In this document: positions 33,079 to 43,785 of the stretch, piece after piece
How the letters are laid out: each line of letters starts with the position of its first letter
Position numbering within the stretch: position 1 is the stretch's first letter
Origin: Candidatus Muproteobacteria bacterium
GTDB lineage: Bacteria; Pseudomonadota; Gammaproteobacteria; Acidiferrobacterales; SPGG2
Direction of reading: 5' to 3'
Assembly: GCA_003251795.1 (NCBI GenBank)
Contig: QKEI01000273.1
Location: 11,152-75,151 of the forward strand
DNA length: 64,000 nt
Notes under the pieces: generated by a model
Seen by the model: only the letters and a program-made list of their open reading frames with translations
The model's database searches: none
What the model was told of the DNA's origin: nothing
Translations under genes and position numbers: made by a program

Positions 33079-33608
33079 TACTTCTTCGCTGCCTTGTTCA
33101 ACTTCTCCAAAACCTTGTCGGTAATATCGATCTTGGTGCTCGCGTAGATCGTTCCTTCATGAAGGATCAAGTCGTAGTTTTCCTGTTTGGCAATCTCGAC
33201 AATGACTTGCTTGACTATCTTTTGCAATGCGGCAAGTTCCTCGTTCCGCCGCATGTTGTAATCTTCCCTGAATTCCTGTGTCGCGCGCCGCAACTCACGC
33301 TTTAGCCCGAGCAACTGACGCTCCTTTTCGCGCCTGTCAGAGTCGTTCATGACCAGCGCGTTGCGCTCTAGGTCTTCTTCCATTTTCTTGATTTCTTGCT
33401 GCATGTCCACCAGCTTCTTATCCCGCGGCCCGAACTCTGCCTGTAGTTTCTTTAAGGCCGCCTCGCCCTGTGGGGCTTGTTCGATAACCTTAACGGCATT
33501 GACGTAACCAATTTTGAGCTCGGCCGCGAGACTGATGCCGGTTGCCGAACCGATGGTAACAGCCAGCAAGAGAGCCGAAAGTTGTCGCAAATATGTTTTA
33601 TCTTCCAA
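33078..33608 (-). CDS. skp: Periplasmic chaperone Skp (OmpH)
   Basis: 176 aa, with a signal peptide and a charged coiled coil, between bamA and lpxD. Confidence 0.85.
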   Translation of the reverse strand: MEDKTYLRQLSALLLAVTIGSATGISLAAELKIGYVNAVKVIEQAPQGEAALKKLQAEFGPRDKKLVDMQQEIKKMEEDLERNALVMNDSDRREKERQLLGLKRELRRATQEFREDYNMRRNEELAALQKIVKQVIVEIAKQENYDLILHEGTIYASTKIDITDKVLEKLNKAAKK

Positions 33609-33626
33609 GAATCGCTCCTGTCATCG

Positions 33627-35909
33627 TTATTTCAGCGACGCGCCCAGTGTGAACTGCACTGTTTCCGTCTCATCCCCGGGTTCGGCATTCAAGGCTTTTG
33701 CGAGCACAATTGCGAGTGGCCCAACCGGGCTTAGCCAATTAAACGCTAATCCTGTAGAGTAGCGCAACTCTGCCAGGTCGACGGACTGCCCAGGTCCCCA
33801 GACCCAGCCTGTATCGACGAAAAAACTCATACGCATCGACTTATTTTGTGATTGTCCAGGCACGGGAAAAAACCACTCAGTGTTAGCGATCAAGCGTTTA
33901 TCTCCCCCGATGGGATCAAACGGCGGCGCCGTATCTGTCGGTCCCAGGGAACGTGGCGCATACCCACGCACCGTGGTTGGACCGCCAGCAAAAAAGTTTT
34001 CATAGAATGGCAGCTGGTCCGTATCGCCGTAACCATCGCCCCAGCCAACCTGGCCCTTGATTCGGACTGAGGTATTTCGAGTCGTTGGCCAATAATGGGC
34101 ACCCAGCCAACCCAGCTTGTAGTATTCGAGGTTACTACCCGGTGTGGTAATTTCGCCAGTGACACTCTGGATACCACCTTTCGTGGGGAAGAAAGCCGCG
34201 TTAGTTGTATCTTGCGACCAACCAAGTGTTATCTTGAGGACGGTGTTCGAGTCGCCATTTTGTGCGACGAAGTCTTGCGCCACCTGTGCGCTATTTGCGT
34301 CCGTAGTAATGTTCGTTTGCTCCAAGTCAAATCCCAATTGTATGCGCCTGGACTCGCTGATTGGCAGACCAAAGAATACGCCTCCACCGGCTGTATCCGT
34401 TTGATATTCACCGACATTAGTCGACTCGGTATTGATGTCTTGAAAGAACAGGCGGAACCCTCTACTGATACCCGACTTCTTCCAATAAGGATTGACAAAG
34501 CGCAAGTTCAGTAAACGATTGGACTTGCTTGTGTTCAGTGATGCTGAAAACTCCTTTCCCGTGCCAAACAAGTTGGTCTCTGTAATACTGCCACTCAGTA
34601 TCAGCTGGCCGTCACCGTAACCTACGCCGAACAGCAGGTTTCCTGTCAACCGCTCCTTCACGGTTACATTGATGTCAACTTGATCGGGACTGCCAGGCAC
34701 AGGTGGAGTCTCTATAGTCACATCCTCAAAAAATCCCGTGCGCTGCAAGCGCTCGCGTGAGCGTTGGACCTTTTCCGTTGAGAACCATGCCCCTTCCAGC
34801 TGGCGCATTTCCCGACGTAAGACGTTATCGCGCGTGCTGACGTTGCCGAAGAAGTTGATGCGTCGCACGTACACGCGCTTGCCCGCATCGACAAAAAACG
34901 TGAAGGCTACCTTGGCTTTTTCCTTGTCGACATCCGGAATGGCATTGACATTGGCAAACGCATAGCCCTCGTTGCCAAGCCGATCGGTGATGCTCTTGGT
35001 CGCCTCTGTCACCCGTTTGCGCGAAAATACATCCCCCGGAGTAATTGTAATGAGCTGCGCCAATTGCTCTTTTGGCATCGGCAATTTACCGGCAAGTTTG
35101 ACATCGGAAACAGTATATTTTTGACCCTCGCTGAGATTTATGCTGATATAGATCTGCTCCTTGTCGGGCGTGATAGCAACCTCAGTAGAAGTGATGTCGA
35201 ACTCAAGGTAGCCGCGATCCTGGTAGTAGTTTCTCAGGCGCTCCAGATCACCAACGAGCTGTTGCCTCGAATACTGGTTCTTCTTACCGAAGAGCCCCGC
35301 CTTGGTTTGCAGCGTGAACAGTTTGCGCAATTCTTTGTCGCTAAAACGCTCATTCCCGACGATATTGATTTCCTGAATTCTTGCCGTGCGACCTTCGGAT
35401 ATGTCGATGGTCACGTCCACACGATTACGTTCCAGTGGCGTTACTGTAGGCTTGATTCTTACTGAATACCGGCCGCGAGCGAAATACTGGCGCCGTAATT
35501 CTTGTTCGATTTGTTCCAACAAAGAGCGATTAAATACCCGACCTTCGACAAATCCGACTTCGCGTAATCCTTTCTTTAGATCGTCTTTGGGAATTTCTTT
35601 TGCGCCGGTTATCTCGATTTTGGAAATTGCCGGCCGCTCGGAAACCTTAACTACGATAACATCTCCCTCGCGCTCCAGTTGTACATCTTTGAAAAAGCCT
35701 GTCTTGTAGAGTGCCCGAATGGCTTCCTGGCCACGCGCTTGTGTGAAGGTGTCACCCACCTTGATCGGGAGATAGTTAAATACAGTGCCCGCAGAAATAC
35801 GCTGCACCCCTTCAACGCGGATGTCTTTAATGACGAAGGAGTCCAGAGCGAACACGAATGACGATTGCAGCGCAAATAACAGCAGCAGCGCTGCGACGGC
35901 TCTACGCAT
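33627..35909 (-). CDS. bamA: Outer membrane protein assembly factor BamA
   Basis: 760 aa with a signal peptide, POTRA repeats (IKDIRVEGVQRIS...) and a C-terminal barrel ending ...FTLGASLK. Confidence 0.95.
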   Translation of the reverse strand: MRRAVAALLLLFALQSSFVFALDSFVIKDIRVEGVQRISAGTVFNYLPIKVGDTFTQARGQEAIRALYKTGFFKDVQLEREGDVIVVKVSERPAISKIEITGAKEIPKDDLKKGLREVGFVEGRVFNRSLLEQIEQELRRQYFARGRYSVRIKPTVTPLERNRVDVTIDISEGRTARIQEINIVGNERFSDKELRKLFTLQTKAGLFGKKNQYSRQQLVGDLERLRNYYQDRGYLEFDITSTEVAITPDKEQIYISINLSEGQKYTVSDVKLAGKLPMPKEQLAQLITITPGDVFSRKRVTEATKSITDRLGNEGYAFANVNAIPDVDKEKAKVAFTFFVDAGKRVYVRRINFFGNVSTRDNVLRREMRQLEGAWFSTEKVQRSRERLQRTGFFEDVTIETPPVPGSPDQVDINVTVKERLTGNLLFGVGYGDGQLILSGSITETNLFGTGKEFSASLNTSKSNRLLNLRFVNPYWKKSGISRGFRLFFQDINTESTNVGEYQTDTAGGGVFFGLPISESRRIQLGFDLEQTNITTDANSAQVAQDFVAQNGDSNTVLKITLGWSQDTTNAAFFPTKGGIQSVTGEITTPGSNLEYYKLGWLGAHYWPTTRNTSVRIKGQVGWGDGYGDTDQLPFYENFFAGGPTTVRGYAPRSLGPTDTAPPFDPIGGDKRLIANTEWFFPVPGQSQNKSMRMSFFVDTGWVWGPGQSVDLAELRYSTGLAFNWLSPVGPLAIVLAKALNAEPGDETETVQFTLGASLK

Positions 35910-35945
35910 GCCCCTCCCAAATAGTGGAATCTGCTTGCGGCAGAT

Positions 35946-37307
35946 CTACTGAAAAATTCTTGTAAAATCGTTGTAAAAGGCTAGCATCATCAGTCCGATC
36001 AACACGAGTATGCCGAACTGCTGACCCCAGATCATGACACGGTCGGAGACAGGGCTGCCCTTTATTGCCTCAATGCAGTAATAAAAAAGATGGCCACCAT
36101 CCAGGACCGGAATCGGCAGGAGGTTCAGCACGCCCAAGCTGATGCTGACGACTGCCAGAAACATGATAAATCGATCGAGTCCTATCTTGGCGGAATGGCC
36201 GGCATACTGGGCGATGGTGATTGGTCCACTGATATTTTTCGTGGAAACCTCAAGCTGGAGCATCTTGAAGAGCATTTTTATAGTCAGTATGCTCATAGTC
36301 CAGGTACTCACTGCCCCCTCACGCAGAGCGCCGAAAGGCCCATAGCGCACGCGCACTTTCAGCTCTGCTGGTATCTCCGCATAGCTTGGGCGGATTTTGA
36401 TCTGACCTACGATTTGACCATCGCGATCGGCTGCCGCAGGCGTGACATCGAACTGCAGCCGTTCCCCCGCGCGATCGACTGTGATACGCAACGGTTTCCC
36501 GGGGTTCGGACTGATTCCCTCAACGACGTCATTCCAGGTTTTCACGGGTTGGCCGTTGATATCGACAATACGATCGCCAACCTGCAGTCCCGCTTGCAAT
36601 GCTGGCCCGTCTTCCAAAGCGCCGATAACAGGCAAAATCTGCGGGATGTAACCGTAGAGCCCCAGGCCTCTCTCCAATAAACCAGCATCGACTTTCTCGA
36701 GCGGCACCTTGGAAAGATCAAGCACGCGCGTATGTACAGCGCCATCAGCATCGCGTACTTCGACTCGAACGCTAGCTCGGCTCAATGCACGTGCAAACAG
36801 ATACAGGCGGCGATGATCCCAGCTCACAATGTCCTTGTCATCGAATCGCAGCAAGACGTCGCCGTCTTGAAAGCCCGCTTGCTCGGCAATCGACCCCGGT
36901 GCAACCCTGCCAACCACCGGGGCGATCCCGTCAATCCCTACCATGAAAACCACGGCATAAGCTATTACCGCAAACAAGAAGTTAAACAACGGGCCCGCGA
37001 CAACCACCGCAGCACGCACTGCCAATCCTTGTCGATTGAAGGCCCGGTGTTTTTCTGCCTCGGCAACTTCACCTTCCGACTCATCCAGCATCTTCACATA
37101 ACCACCCAGCGGCAGGGCGGCGACTACTAGTTCTGTTTGGTCGGGTCCGAATCGGCGAATCCACAATGGCCGCCCAAAGCCGATGGAAAACCGCAAAACT
37201 TTCACGCCGAGCCGCTTTGCTACCCAATAATGGCCGAACTCATGCACCACGATGAGGATGCCTAGGGCCACGAGAAAGGCCACAATTGTGTAAAGGATAT
37301 CTGTCAC
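35946..37307 (-). CDS. rseP: Sigma-E protease RseP (site-2 zinc metalloprotease)
   Basis: HEFGHY zinc motif, PDZ segments and the [13 protein letters not shown] motif. Its GTG start overlaps the dxr TGA as GTGA. Confidence 0.93.
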   Translation of the reverse strand: MTDILYTIVAFLVALGILIVVHEFGHYWVAKRLGVKVLRFSIGFGRPLWIRRFGPDQTELVVAALPLGGYVKMLDESEGEVAEAEKHRAFNRQGLAVRAAVVVAGPLFNFLFAVIAYAVVFMVGIDGIAPVVGRVAPGSIAEQAGFQDGDVLLRFDDKDIVSWDHRRLYLFARALSRASVRVEVRDADGAVHTRVLDLSKVPLEKVDAGLLERGLGLYGYIPQILPVIGALEDGPALQAGLQVGDRIVDINGQPVKTWNDVVEGISPNPGKPLRITVDRAGERLQFDVTPAAADRDGQIVGQIKIRPSYAEIPAELKVRVRYGPFGALREGAVSTWTMSILTIKMLFKMLQLEVSTKNISGPITIAQYAGHSAKIGLDRFIMFLAVVSISLGVLNLLPIPVLDGGHLFYYCIEAIKGSPVSDRVMIWGQQFGILVLIGLMMLAFYNDFTRIFQ

Positions 37308-38554
37308 CGCATTCCTCGCACTGGTTTATAGTCTAGCCCATGAATCACACGGCTGGCCGTCGCGCGGGCTCTCGAATCACAGGCTAATACCGCGTCTAAA
37401 TCAGGTTCACGGCTTATCGGCACCTCAGCCAGGACTCGTTCAATCACCACCGGGATATCGGTAAACGCAATTCGCCGTTCAAGAAAAGCCGCGACCGCAA
37501 CCTCATTGGCGGCATTCAGAACAGCGGGTGCCGTACCCCCTATCTCGGCTGTTTCTTGTGCCAGGCGTAAGCAAGGGAAACGCTTGATGTCCGGGCGTTC
37601 GAAATCGAGGCGCGCCACCTCTAGCAGATCGAGACTCCTGACGCCGGAATCGATGCGCTCCGGCCACGCTAATGCGTGGGCGATGGGCGTGCGCATGTCC
37701 GGATTACCGAGTTGAGCAAGCACAGACCCATCCGCGTATTCCACCATAGAATGGACCACACTCTGTGGATGGATAAGGATTTTTACCTGTTCCGGTGTCA
37801 CACCGAAAAGCCGACAAGCCTCGATGAATTCCAAACCCTTGTTCATGAGCGTCGCCGAGTCGACGGAAATCTTGCGACCCATCACCCAGTTTGGATGGGC
37901 GCAGGCTTGCTCCGGTGTAACACGAGAGAGTTCGGCCGCACTGACGGAGCGAAATGGACCACCCGAGCAAGTAAGCAGAATCTTGCGCACTGCCTGATGG
38001 GCTCTGCCGGTTGTGTAACCCGGCGGCATACACTGAAAAATAGCGTTATGCTCGCTGTCGATGGGCAGTAGTTGTGCACCCGAACGGCGTGCCTCGCTAA
38101 CGAACAGATCCCCTGACATCACCAAAGGTTCCTTGTTAGCGAGCAGCACGCGCTTACCCGCACGCACTGCCGCCAGCGAGGGTAGCAAACCCGCCGCACC
38201 GACAATGGCGGCCATAACAATACCGGTTTCGGGTAACGTGGCGACCTGTTGCAACGCTTCCACTCCGGATAAGACTTCGGTCTGCACACCGGCATCGCGC
38301 AGTTTCTCCCCCAGGCGCTGCGCAGCGACTTGATCGACCATAACCGCCTTGCTGGGGTGAAGCTGACAACACTGCTCGAACAATCGATCCACCTGCTCAT
38401 GAGCGGTAAGGGCGACGACGCGAAAACGTTTTGGATGCCGCATGACGACATCGATGGTATTCACGCCGATCGAGCCGGTGGAACCCAAAATAGTTACCCC
38501 GGCAGATGTGAGCTGCGACTGTTTCTGTGTCACGTCATCAGCAATATTGCTCAT
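37304..38554 (-). CDS. dxr: 1-deoxy-D-xylulose 5-phosphate reductoisomerase
   Basis: [17 protein letters not shown] motif; 416 aa. Its ATG overlaps the cdsA TGA as ATGA. Confidence 0.95.
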   Translation of the reverse strand: MSNIADDVTQKQSQLTSAGVTILGSTGSIGVNTIDVVMRHPKRFRVVALTAHEQVDRLFEQCCQLHPSKAVMVDQVAAQRLGEKLRDAGVQTEVLSGVEALQQVATLPETGIVMAAIVGAAGLLPSLAAVRAGKRVLLANKEPLVMSGDLFVSEARRSGAQLLPIDSEHNAIFQCMPPGYTTGRAHQAVRKILLTCSGGPFRSVSAAELSRVTPEQACAHPNWVMGRKISVDSATLMNKGLEFIEACRLFGVTPEQVKILIHPQSVVHSMVEYADGSVLAQLGNPDMRTPIAHALAWPERIDSGVRSLDLLEVARLDFERPDIKRFPCLRLAQETAEIGGTAPAVLNAANEVAVAAFLERRIAFTDIPVVIERVLAEVPISREPDLDAVLACDSRARATASRVIHGLDYKPVRGMR

Positions 38555-39411
38555 GTGTCTGCTCTTAGAAAGAACACCCAGCCAAAAACAAACGTCGGGA
38601 TCGCCGCCGTAAGTGAATCGATGCGGTCCAGGAAACCGCCATGACCGGGTAGTAAACTACCGCTGTCCTTTGTTCCCGCGAGACGTTTGATTTTGCTCTC
38701 CACGAGATCACCCACCACTGAAAGAAGCATTGCAACGCTGGCCCACACTACCCATAGGATCAAGGTGCGCCCGCTGAGCTGCCATATCATTGTCCCACAA
38801 AAGTATGCAAGCACAACAACAGCTGCCAGCCCCCCCATTAGACCTTCCACGGTCTTGCCAGGACTAATGCGTGGCGCTAGCTGGGTGTGGCCCCATGTTC
38901 TGCCCACAAAGTAGGCAGCACTATCAGCTAACCAAACGAGCACGAACACGAAAAGCAACACTGCCGGGCGCCTAGGATCTGTTTCGTGCAAATACACAGT
39001 AGTAAGCCAGGCTGGCACCAATATAAAAGCACCGATAACAAGTCTGCCGGCGCGCCAACGGTACAAACCACTTGCATGACTGCCGTGCAATAACAAATCC
39101 ATAAACGCGTATAGCCACCACAAGAGTGCTAATGCAGTTAAGACAGCAGCCGTCTGAGAAAAATGTGACAGCGCCCAAAAACCCACCACCCATAATAGAG
39201 CGACGCAAGAAACATAGGCCCACTGCTGGTAGGGCTTGTTCCACTCAGCGAGTCGCGCCCATTCGCCAGCGGCCGCAAGGACCACAAGCCCCAGCACCAC
39301 ACCTAACCAAATGGAGGACAGATAGATTGCCGCACCAAAGACTAACGGAAGCAGTAGCAGCGCAGTGACTAGACGCTGCTTAAGCTTGCCGCGCGGCTTC
39401 GACTTGCTCAC
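38551..39411 (-). CDS. cdsA: Phosphatidate cytidylyltransferase
   Basis: Polytopic membrane protein with the C-terminal signature [29 protein letters not shown]. The in-frame GTG at 39411 gives 286 aa (E. coli 285 aa). The ORF-track start at 39561 would overlap uppS by 180 nt. Confidence 0.88.
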   Translation of the reverse strand: MSKSKPRGKLKQRLVTALLLLPLVFGAAIYLSSIWLGVVLGLVVLAAAGEWARLAEWNKPYQQWAYVSCVALLWVVGFWALSHFSQTAAVLTALALLWWLYAFMDLLLHGSHASGLYRWRAGRLVIGAFILVPAWLTTVYLHETDPRRPAVLLFVFVLVWLADSAAYFVGRTWGHTQLAPRISPGKTVEGLMGGLAAVVVLAYFCGTMIWQLSGRTLILWVVWASVAMLLSVVGDLVESKIKRLAGTKDSGSLLPGHGGFLDRIDSLTAAIPTFVFGWVFFLRADT

Positions 39412-40159
39412 CAGTAAGACCGAACCGGCGTTGGCGTTTGACGTAAGAGGCAAGGGCCAAATCAAACTCGGCGCGATCGAAATCAGGCCATAGCACCGGC
39501 GTAAAGTACAATTCTGTATAGGCAAGCTGCCACAAGAGAAAGTTGCTGATACGCTGTTCACCGCCAGTGCGGATAAATAAGTCCGGATCGGGCATATCGT
39601 GCAAGCTCAAGAATGACGCGATTTTCTCCGGTGTGATAGCCTCCGGCACCAGCACCCCCTGCTGTACTTGCTTGGCCAGCTCGGCGCAGGCCTGGGCAAT
39701 GTCCCAGCGCCCGCCGTAGTTAGCAGCTACCGTTAACGTTAGACCGCCGTTATCGCAGGTCGTCGCCTCAGCCCGTTTTATCCTCCGCTCCGCCCGACGA
39801 CCAAAGCGCTCAAAGTCGCCGATAACGCGAAATCGTATCTTGTTCTTGTGGAGCTTATCGAGTTCTTCATCCAACGCGCTGATAAACAATTCGATTAGAG
39901 AGCGTACCTCGATTCGGGGACGTCGCCAATTTTCGCTGCTGAACGCGAACAGCGTCAAAAATCTGATACCTTTTTCGGCGCACGCAGTCACGAGCTCGCG
40001 CACGCGTTCTACACCTTTTGCGTGCCCGGTTACTCTCGGTAGGTGTCGTCGTGTTGCCCAGCGACCGTTGCCATCCATGATGACAGCGACGTGCTCAGGC
40101 AACGATTCATTCCTCGGAATGTCGGAGATCGCGCGCACTGTGCCAGTTGGTGCAACCAT
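39380..40159 (-). CDS. uppS: Undecaprenyl diphosphate synthase
   Basis: HVAVIMDGNGRWA ... FSSENWRRP ... IRTGGEQRISNFLLWQ motifs. Confidence 0.95.
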   Translation of the reverse strand: MVAPTGTVRAISDIPRNESLPEHVAVIMDGNGRWATRRHLPRVTGHAKGVERVRELVTACAEKGIRFLTLFAFSSENWRRPRIEVRSLIELFISALDEELDKLHKNKIRFRVIGDFERFGRRAERRIKRAEATTCDNGGLTLTVAANYGGRWDIAQACAELAKQVQQGVLVPEAITPEKIASFLSLHDMPDPDLFIRTGGEQRISNFLLWQLAYTELYFTPVLWPDFDRAEFDLALASYVKRQRRFGLTGEQVEAARQA

Positions 40160-40192
40160 CGTGACAATTTCGACTTTAGGCGCTGAACGACT

Positions 40193-40759
40193 TCAAACGG
40201 TCATGATTTCCTGTTCTTTGGCGACCACCAACTTATCGACCTCGGCGACGAAGCGATCAGTGGATTTCTGGGTTGCCTCCTCTGCACGTCTGTCCTCATC
40301 CTCGGAAATGCTCTTCTTCTTCAATAGCTCCTTTATGTGGTGAATGCAATCTCGGCGGACATTGCGAATAGCGATCTTGGCGTTTTCGCCTTCGCTACGC
40401 ACGACCTTAGCCAACTCATGTCGTCGTTCTTCCGTGAGTGGTGGCAACGGGATACGGATCGCCTGCCCGGAAGTAGACGGATTTAGCCCCAAATCTGACT
40501 CGCGGATTGCCCGTTCTACCGCCGCTACCGCATTCTTGTCCCATGGCGTAACAGTGAGCGTACGCGCATCGCTTACGGTAATACCTGCCACTTGATTTAT
40601 GGGTGTAGGATTACCGTAATAATCGACCTTAAGGTGGTCGAGCAAGCCTGCATGCGCGCGCCCCGTTCTAATCTTTGCCAAATCGGTCTTCAAGGTCTCA
40701 ACTGACTTGGCCATACGCCGTTCCGCATCTTTCTTGAGCGTCTCAACCTCGTTAGCCAT
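40193..40759 (-). CDS. frr: Ribosome recycling factor
   Basis: 188 aa: ...[19 protein letters not shown]...[10 protein letters not shown]. Confidence 0.96.
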   Translation of the reverse strand: MANEVETLKKDAERRMAKSVETLKTDLAKIRTGRAHAGLLDHLKVDYYGNPTPINQVAGITVSDARTLTVTPWDKNAVAAVERAIRESDLGLNPSTSGQAIRIPLPPLTEERRHELAKVVRSEGENAKIAIRNVRRDCIHHIKELLKKKSISEDEDRRAEEATQKSTDRFVAEVDKLVVAKEQEIMTV

Positions 40760-40762
40760 CTT

Positions 40763-41524
40763 TCAATCTCCGCGCTGTACGAGTGTCCCCTCGTTTTCAC
40801 CTAAAATAATTCGCAGTATATTTCCAGGCTTATTTATATTAAACACGCGCACAGGAAGATCCCGCTCGCGACACAAGGCGATCGCAGCGGCATCGATGAC
40901 ACCCAGTCTCTGCTCTAACACCTCGTCGTATGTTAGAGAGTCATAGAGCCTCGCATCAGCGTATTGCAGTGGATCTTTGGAGTAAACACCATCCACCTTC
41001 GTGGCCTTAAGCACGATGTCCGCATCGATCTCCATCGCGCGTAGGCTGGCCGCTGTATCAGTAGTAAAAAACGGATTACCTGTGCCGGCGGCAAAAATGA
41101 CAACTATTTCCTTCTCCAAGTAACGCATCGCCCGTTGGCGAATATAGGGTTCAGCAATCTGGTCCATGCGAATCGCTGATTGCACGCGCGCTACAACGGC
41201 CATGTGCTTAAGGGCATCCTGCAACGCGAGTGCGTTAATGACGGTCGCGAGCATGCCCATATAGTCAGCAGTGGCGCGGTCCATGCCTTGGGCGCCTGCC
41301 GCAACTCCGCGAAATATGTTGCCCCCGCCAATCACTACCGCCAACTGTACACCGGTGGCAACAACGTCTTTCATTTCGCTGGCAATTCTCACCAAAACGT
41401 CGCGGTCGATGCCATAGCCGCCCTGCCCCATCAATGCCTCACCGCTGAGCTTCAGCAGCACGCGTTTGAAAACAGGGGCGCGCGGCGTACCGATCAACCG
41501 CCTAACTCCCTTTAGCCTGGGCAA
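40763..41524 (-). CDS. pyrH: UMP kinase
   Basis: [14 protein letters not shown] ... motifs. The ATG at 41524 overlaps tsf by 23 nt. An alternative TTG at 41497 ([20 protein letters not shown]) has AAGGGAG 8 nt upstream and is plausible. Confidence 0.93.
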   Translation of the reverse strand: MPRLKGVRRLIGTPRAPVFKRVLLKLSGEALMGQGGYGIDRDVLVRIASEMKDVVATGVQLAVVIGGGNIFRGVAAGAQGMDRATADYMGMLATVINALALQDALKHMAVVARVQSAIRMDQIAEPYIRQRAMRYLEKEIVVIFAAGTGNPFFTTDTAASLRAMEIDADIVLKATKVDGVYSKDPLQYADARLYDSLTYDEVLEQRLGVIDAAAIALCRERDLPVRVFNINKPGNILRIILGENEGTLVQRGD

Positions 41525-42392
41525 TTACTTCAGCAGCGAAATCAGTGCTTTTCTTTTCCATGCCCTCTCCAACTTCGTAGCGGCAAAAACGTATGACCCG
41601 TGCGCCTACCGACTTCAATAATTTCTCTACAGAAACATCCTGATCCTTGACGAAGGGCTTGCCTAACAAAGTTAGCTCACTGAGAAACTTGTTGAGTCTA
41701 CCCGCCACCATCTTTTCTATTATCTCCGCCGGCTTGCCACTATCGCGCGCTTGCTCCATTAGGATCTCCTTTTCCTTAGCCACTACTTCGGCCGGCACAT
41801 CGGCTGTTGTTAGATAGTCCGGTCGGGTTGCTGCTACTTGCATCGCCATGTCATGGGCTAACGTATCGTCGCCACCTTCAAGTTCCACCAATACACCGAT
41901 GCGCGCGCCTGCATGCACATAACTGTCCAGCTTTCCGCTACGGCTAGTGTAACGTAGAAAACGTCGCACACTGATTTTTTCACCGAGGCGGGCAATCAGT
42001 GTCTCACACGACTGTCGCACGCTACCGCTCTTGCCTGCTTGCAGTGGCAGGTCCAGGAGCGCAGATACATCTTTTGGGTCATTATGTGCAATACAGGCTG
42101 CCACGGCCTCGGCGAAAGCCACAAAGCCATCTTCTTTGGCAACGAAATCGGTTTCGGAGTTCACCTCGACAACGGCGGCGATTTTACGATCCCCGCTAAG
42201 GTATGCGCTAATGCGACCCTCGGCGGCGATTCGACCTGCTTTTTTTTCAACCTTAGCGCCAGCACGCTTGCGCAGCCATTCGATGGCCTTATCCATATCA
42301 CCCCCGGATTCAACGAGGGCATTCTTGCACTCCATCATGCCGAGCCCGGTGCGCTCACGAAGCTCTTTTACTTCTGCGGCACTAACAGTCAT
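41502..42392 (-). CDS. tsf: Elongation factor Ts
   Basis: 296 aa: [19 protein letters not shown]. Confidence 0.96.
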   Translation of the reverse strand: MTVSAAEVKELRERTGLGMMECKNALVESGGDMDKAIEWLRKRAGAKVEKKAGRIAAEGRISAYLSGDRKIAAVVEVNSETDFVAKEDGFVAFAEAVAACIAHNDPKDVSALLDLPLQAGKSGSVRQSCETLIARLGEKISVRRFLRYTSRSGKLDSYVHAGARIGVLVELEGGDDTLAHDMAMQVAATRPDYLTTADVPAEVVAKEKEILMEQARDSGKPAEIIEKMVAGRLNKFLSELTLLGKPFVKDQDVSVEKLLKSVGARVIRFCRYEVGEGMEKKSTDFAAEVIAQAKGS

Positions 42393-42427
42393 CTAGCTTC
42401 TCCGTTTCGTGCGTCAAACACCAGTCG

Positions 42428-42453
42428 ATAAAAGAAAGGGGGCCTAGCCCCCC
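42428..42453 (-). terminator. Intrinsic terminator/attenuator between rpsB and tsf
   Basis: The minus strand reads GGGGGC-TAG-GCCCCC followed by TTTCTTTTAT, starting 5 nt after the rpsB stop. An attenuator at this position is known in the E. coli rpsB-tsf operon. Confidence 0.6.
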
Positions 42454-42458
42454 GTTGT

Positions 42459-43520
42459 TCAGTCAGAGTCGGGTTGCTCCGGCACGGGCACCGTCGTTTC
42501 ATCATCAACGCTCTCTTCATCGCTTTTTGATCGTGCCGAGCTTTTGCGCCCTCGTGTAGCCGTGCCTGTCCGGCGTCGCGTCTTGGTGGCGGGTTTCGGC
42601 GTTGCCTCGACTGCCTCAGGTTTCTCAGTCAACTCTTGCTCCGTACCTTCCTGCGGTTCGCTTGCTATTACGGATATGTCGCTATCGTCATCGATATCAT
42701 CAAGCTCGGCGAGAGTATCGGCTTCCACCGGGGTTCGTGGTTTCTCGGCTACGCGCGGCTTGATGGCAACCTTGACTTCGCGCGCGCCCTCTTCGATCTC
42801 TACGTATTCCTCATCCCCAGCAAGCAATGCCGTCTCTGCTTCCGCCCGCCCCTCAATGATTGCTTCGGCGGCAGCCTCGACATAAAGCTTGATTGCTCTA
42901 ATTGCGTCGTCGTTACCGGGAATAAGGTAGTCGACGCCATCAGGTTTGCAGTTTGTATCAACGACCGCCACCACCGGAATCCTCAACAGATTCGCCTCGG
43001 ACACGGCAATCGCCTCCTGACCGACATCGACGACAAACAATGCATCTGGCAAACCGGGCATCTCTTTAATCCCGGCAAGGCTACGCTCGAGTTTTTGCCG
43101 TTCGCGCGTTAGGCCGATCACCTCTTTCTTGCCTAACTTGTTGACCGTGCCGTCCTCGAACATGGTTTCCAGATGCTTGAGGCGTTCGATGGAATTCTTC
43201 ACGGTCTTGTAATTCGTCAGCGTACCCCCGAGCCAGCGATGATTGACGTAAGGGCACCCGCAGCGCACGGCCTCTTCGCCTACAATTTCCCCGGCTTGGC
43301 GCTTGGTACCCACAAACAGTATCGTTCCTCGATTGGCCGCAAGCTTGCGCAAGAACTGCATGGCCTCGTTGAACAACGGCAGGGTCTTTTCCAGGTTGAT
43401 AATGTGGATTTTGTTTCTTTCGCCAAAGATGTACGGGCGCATCTTTGGGTGCCAAAAGCGAGTGCGGTGACCAAAATGCACGCCGGCTTCCAGCATTTGG
43501 CGCATGGTGATATTGGGCAT
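42459..43520 (-). CDS. rpsB: 30S ribosomal protein S2 with a long charged C-terminal extension
   Basis: [27 protein letters not shown]... is the canonical S2 core (about 240 aa). It is followed by about 110 extra residues rich in E, D, T, A and R. Confidence 0.95.
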   Translation of the reverse strand: MPNITMRQMLEAGVHFGHRTRFWHPKMRPYIFGERNKIHIINLEKTLPLFNEAMQFLRKLAANRGTILFVGTKRQAGEIVGEEAVRCGCPYVNHRWLGGTLTNYKTVKNSIERLKHLETMFEDGTVNKLGKKEVIGLTRERQKLERSLAGIKEMPGLPDALFVVDVGQEAIAVSEANLLRIPVVAVVDTNCKPDGVDYLIPGNDDAIRAIKLYVEAAAEAIIEGRAEAETALLAGDEEYVEIEEGAREVKVAIKPRVAEKPRTPVEADTLAELDDIDDDSDISVIASEPQEGTEQELTEKPEAVEATPKPATKTRRRTGTATRGRKSSARSKSDEESVDDETTVPVPEQPDSD

Positions 43521-43566
43521 TGTCAGCCTCCAGTCGGGTTAGTCCGCCACGGCTCCCATATATCAA

Positions 43567-43592
43567 CCGGGCACGCAACTTCCCGTGCCCGG
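43567..43592 (-). promoter_or_regulatory. GC-rich hairpin in the rpsB 5' leader
   Basis: CCGGGCACG-N8-CGTGCCCGG forms a perfect 9-bp stem about 45-70 nt upstream of the rpsB ATG. Structured rpsB leaders mediate S2 autoregulation in gammaproteobacteria. Confidence 0.4.
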
Positions 43593-43623
43593 CACCCGGA
43601 TACATGTGTCGACCCGTGTGTGT

Positions 43624-43643
43624 TGTAAAATGCAAATTTTACA
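43624..43643. promoter_or_regulatory. 20-bp AT-rich perfect palindrome in the rpsB/map divergent promoter region
   Basis: TGTAAAAT-GCAA-ATTTTACA: 8-bp perfect arms with a 4-bp spacer. Confidence 0.35.
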
Positions 43644-43785
43644 CGATGAAGGGGTGCTTTCAATAACCGCCCAGGCACCCCAGTATTGACGATGCCTGTT
43701 TTTGCCCGGTGACGCGACCGAACCGCCGAAATCGAGTAGATTGGCGCCACCAGGACCTCAACGTTATTCGTGCGAATCTAACGAA

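Noticed and set aside
39412-39561. A 50-aa N-terminal extension of cdsA overlapping uppS.
   Set aside because: The extension has no CdsA similarity and overlaps uppS by 180 nt. The in-frame GTG at 39411 gives 286 aa, matching E. coli CdsA in length.
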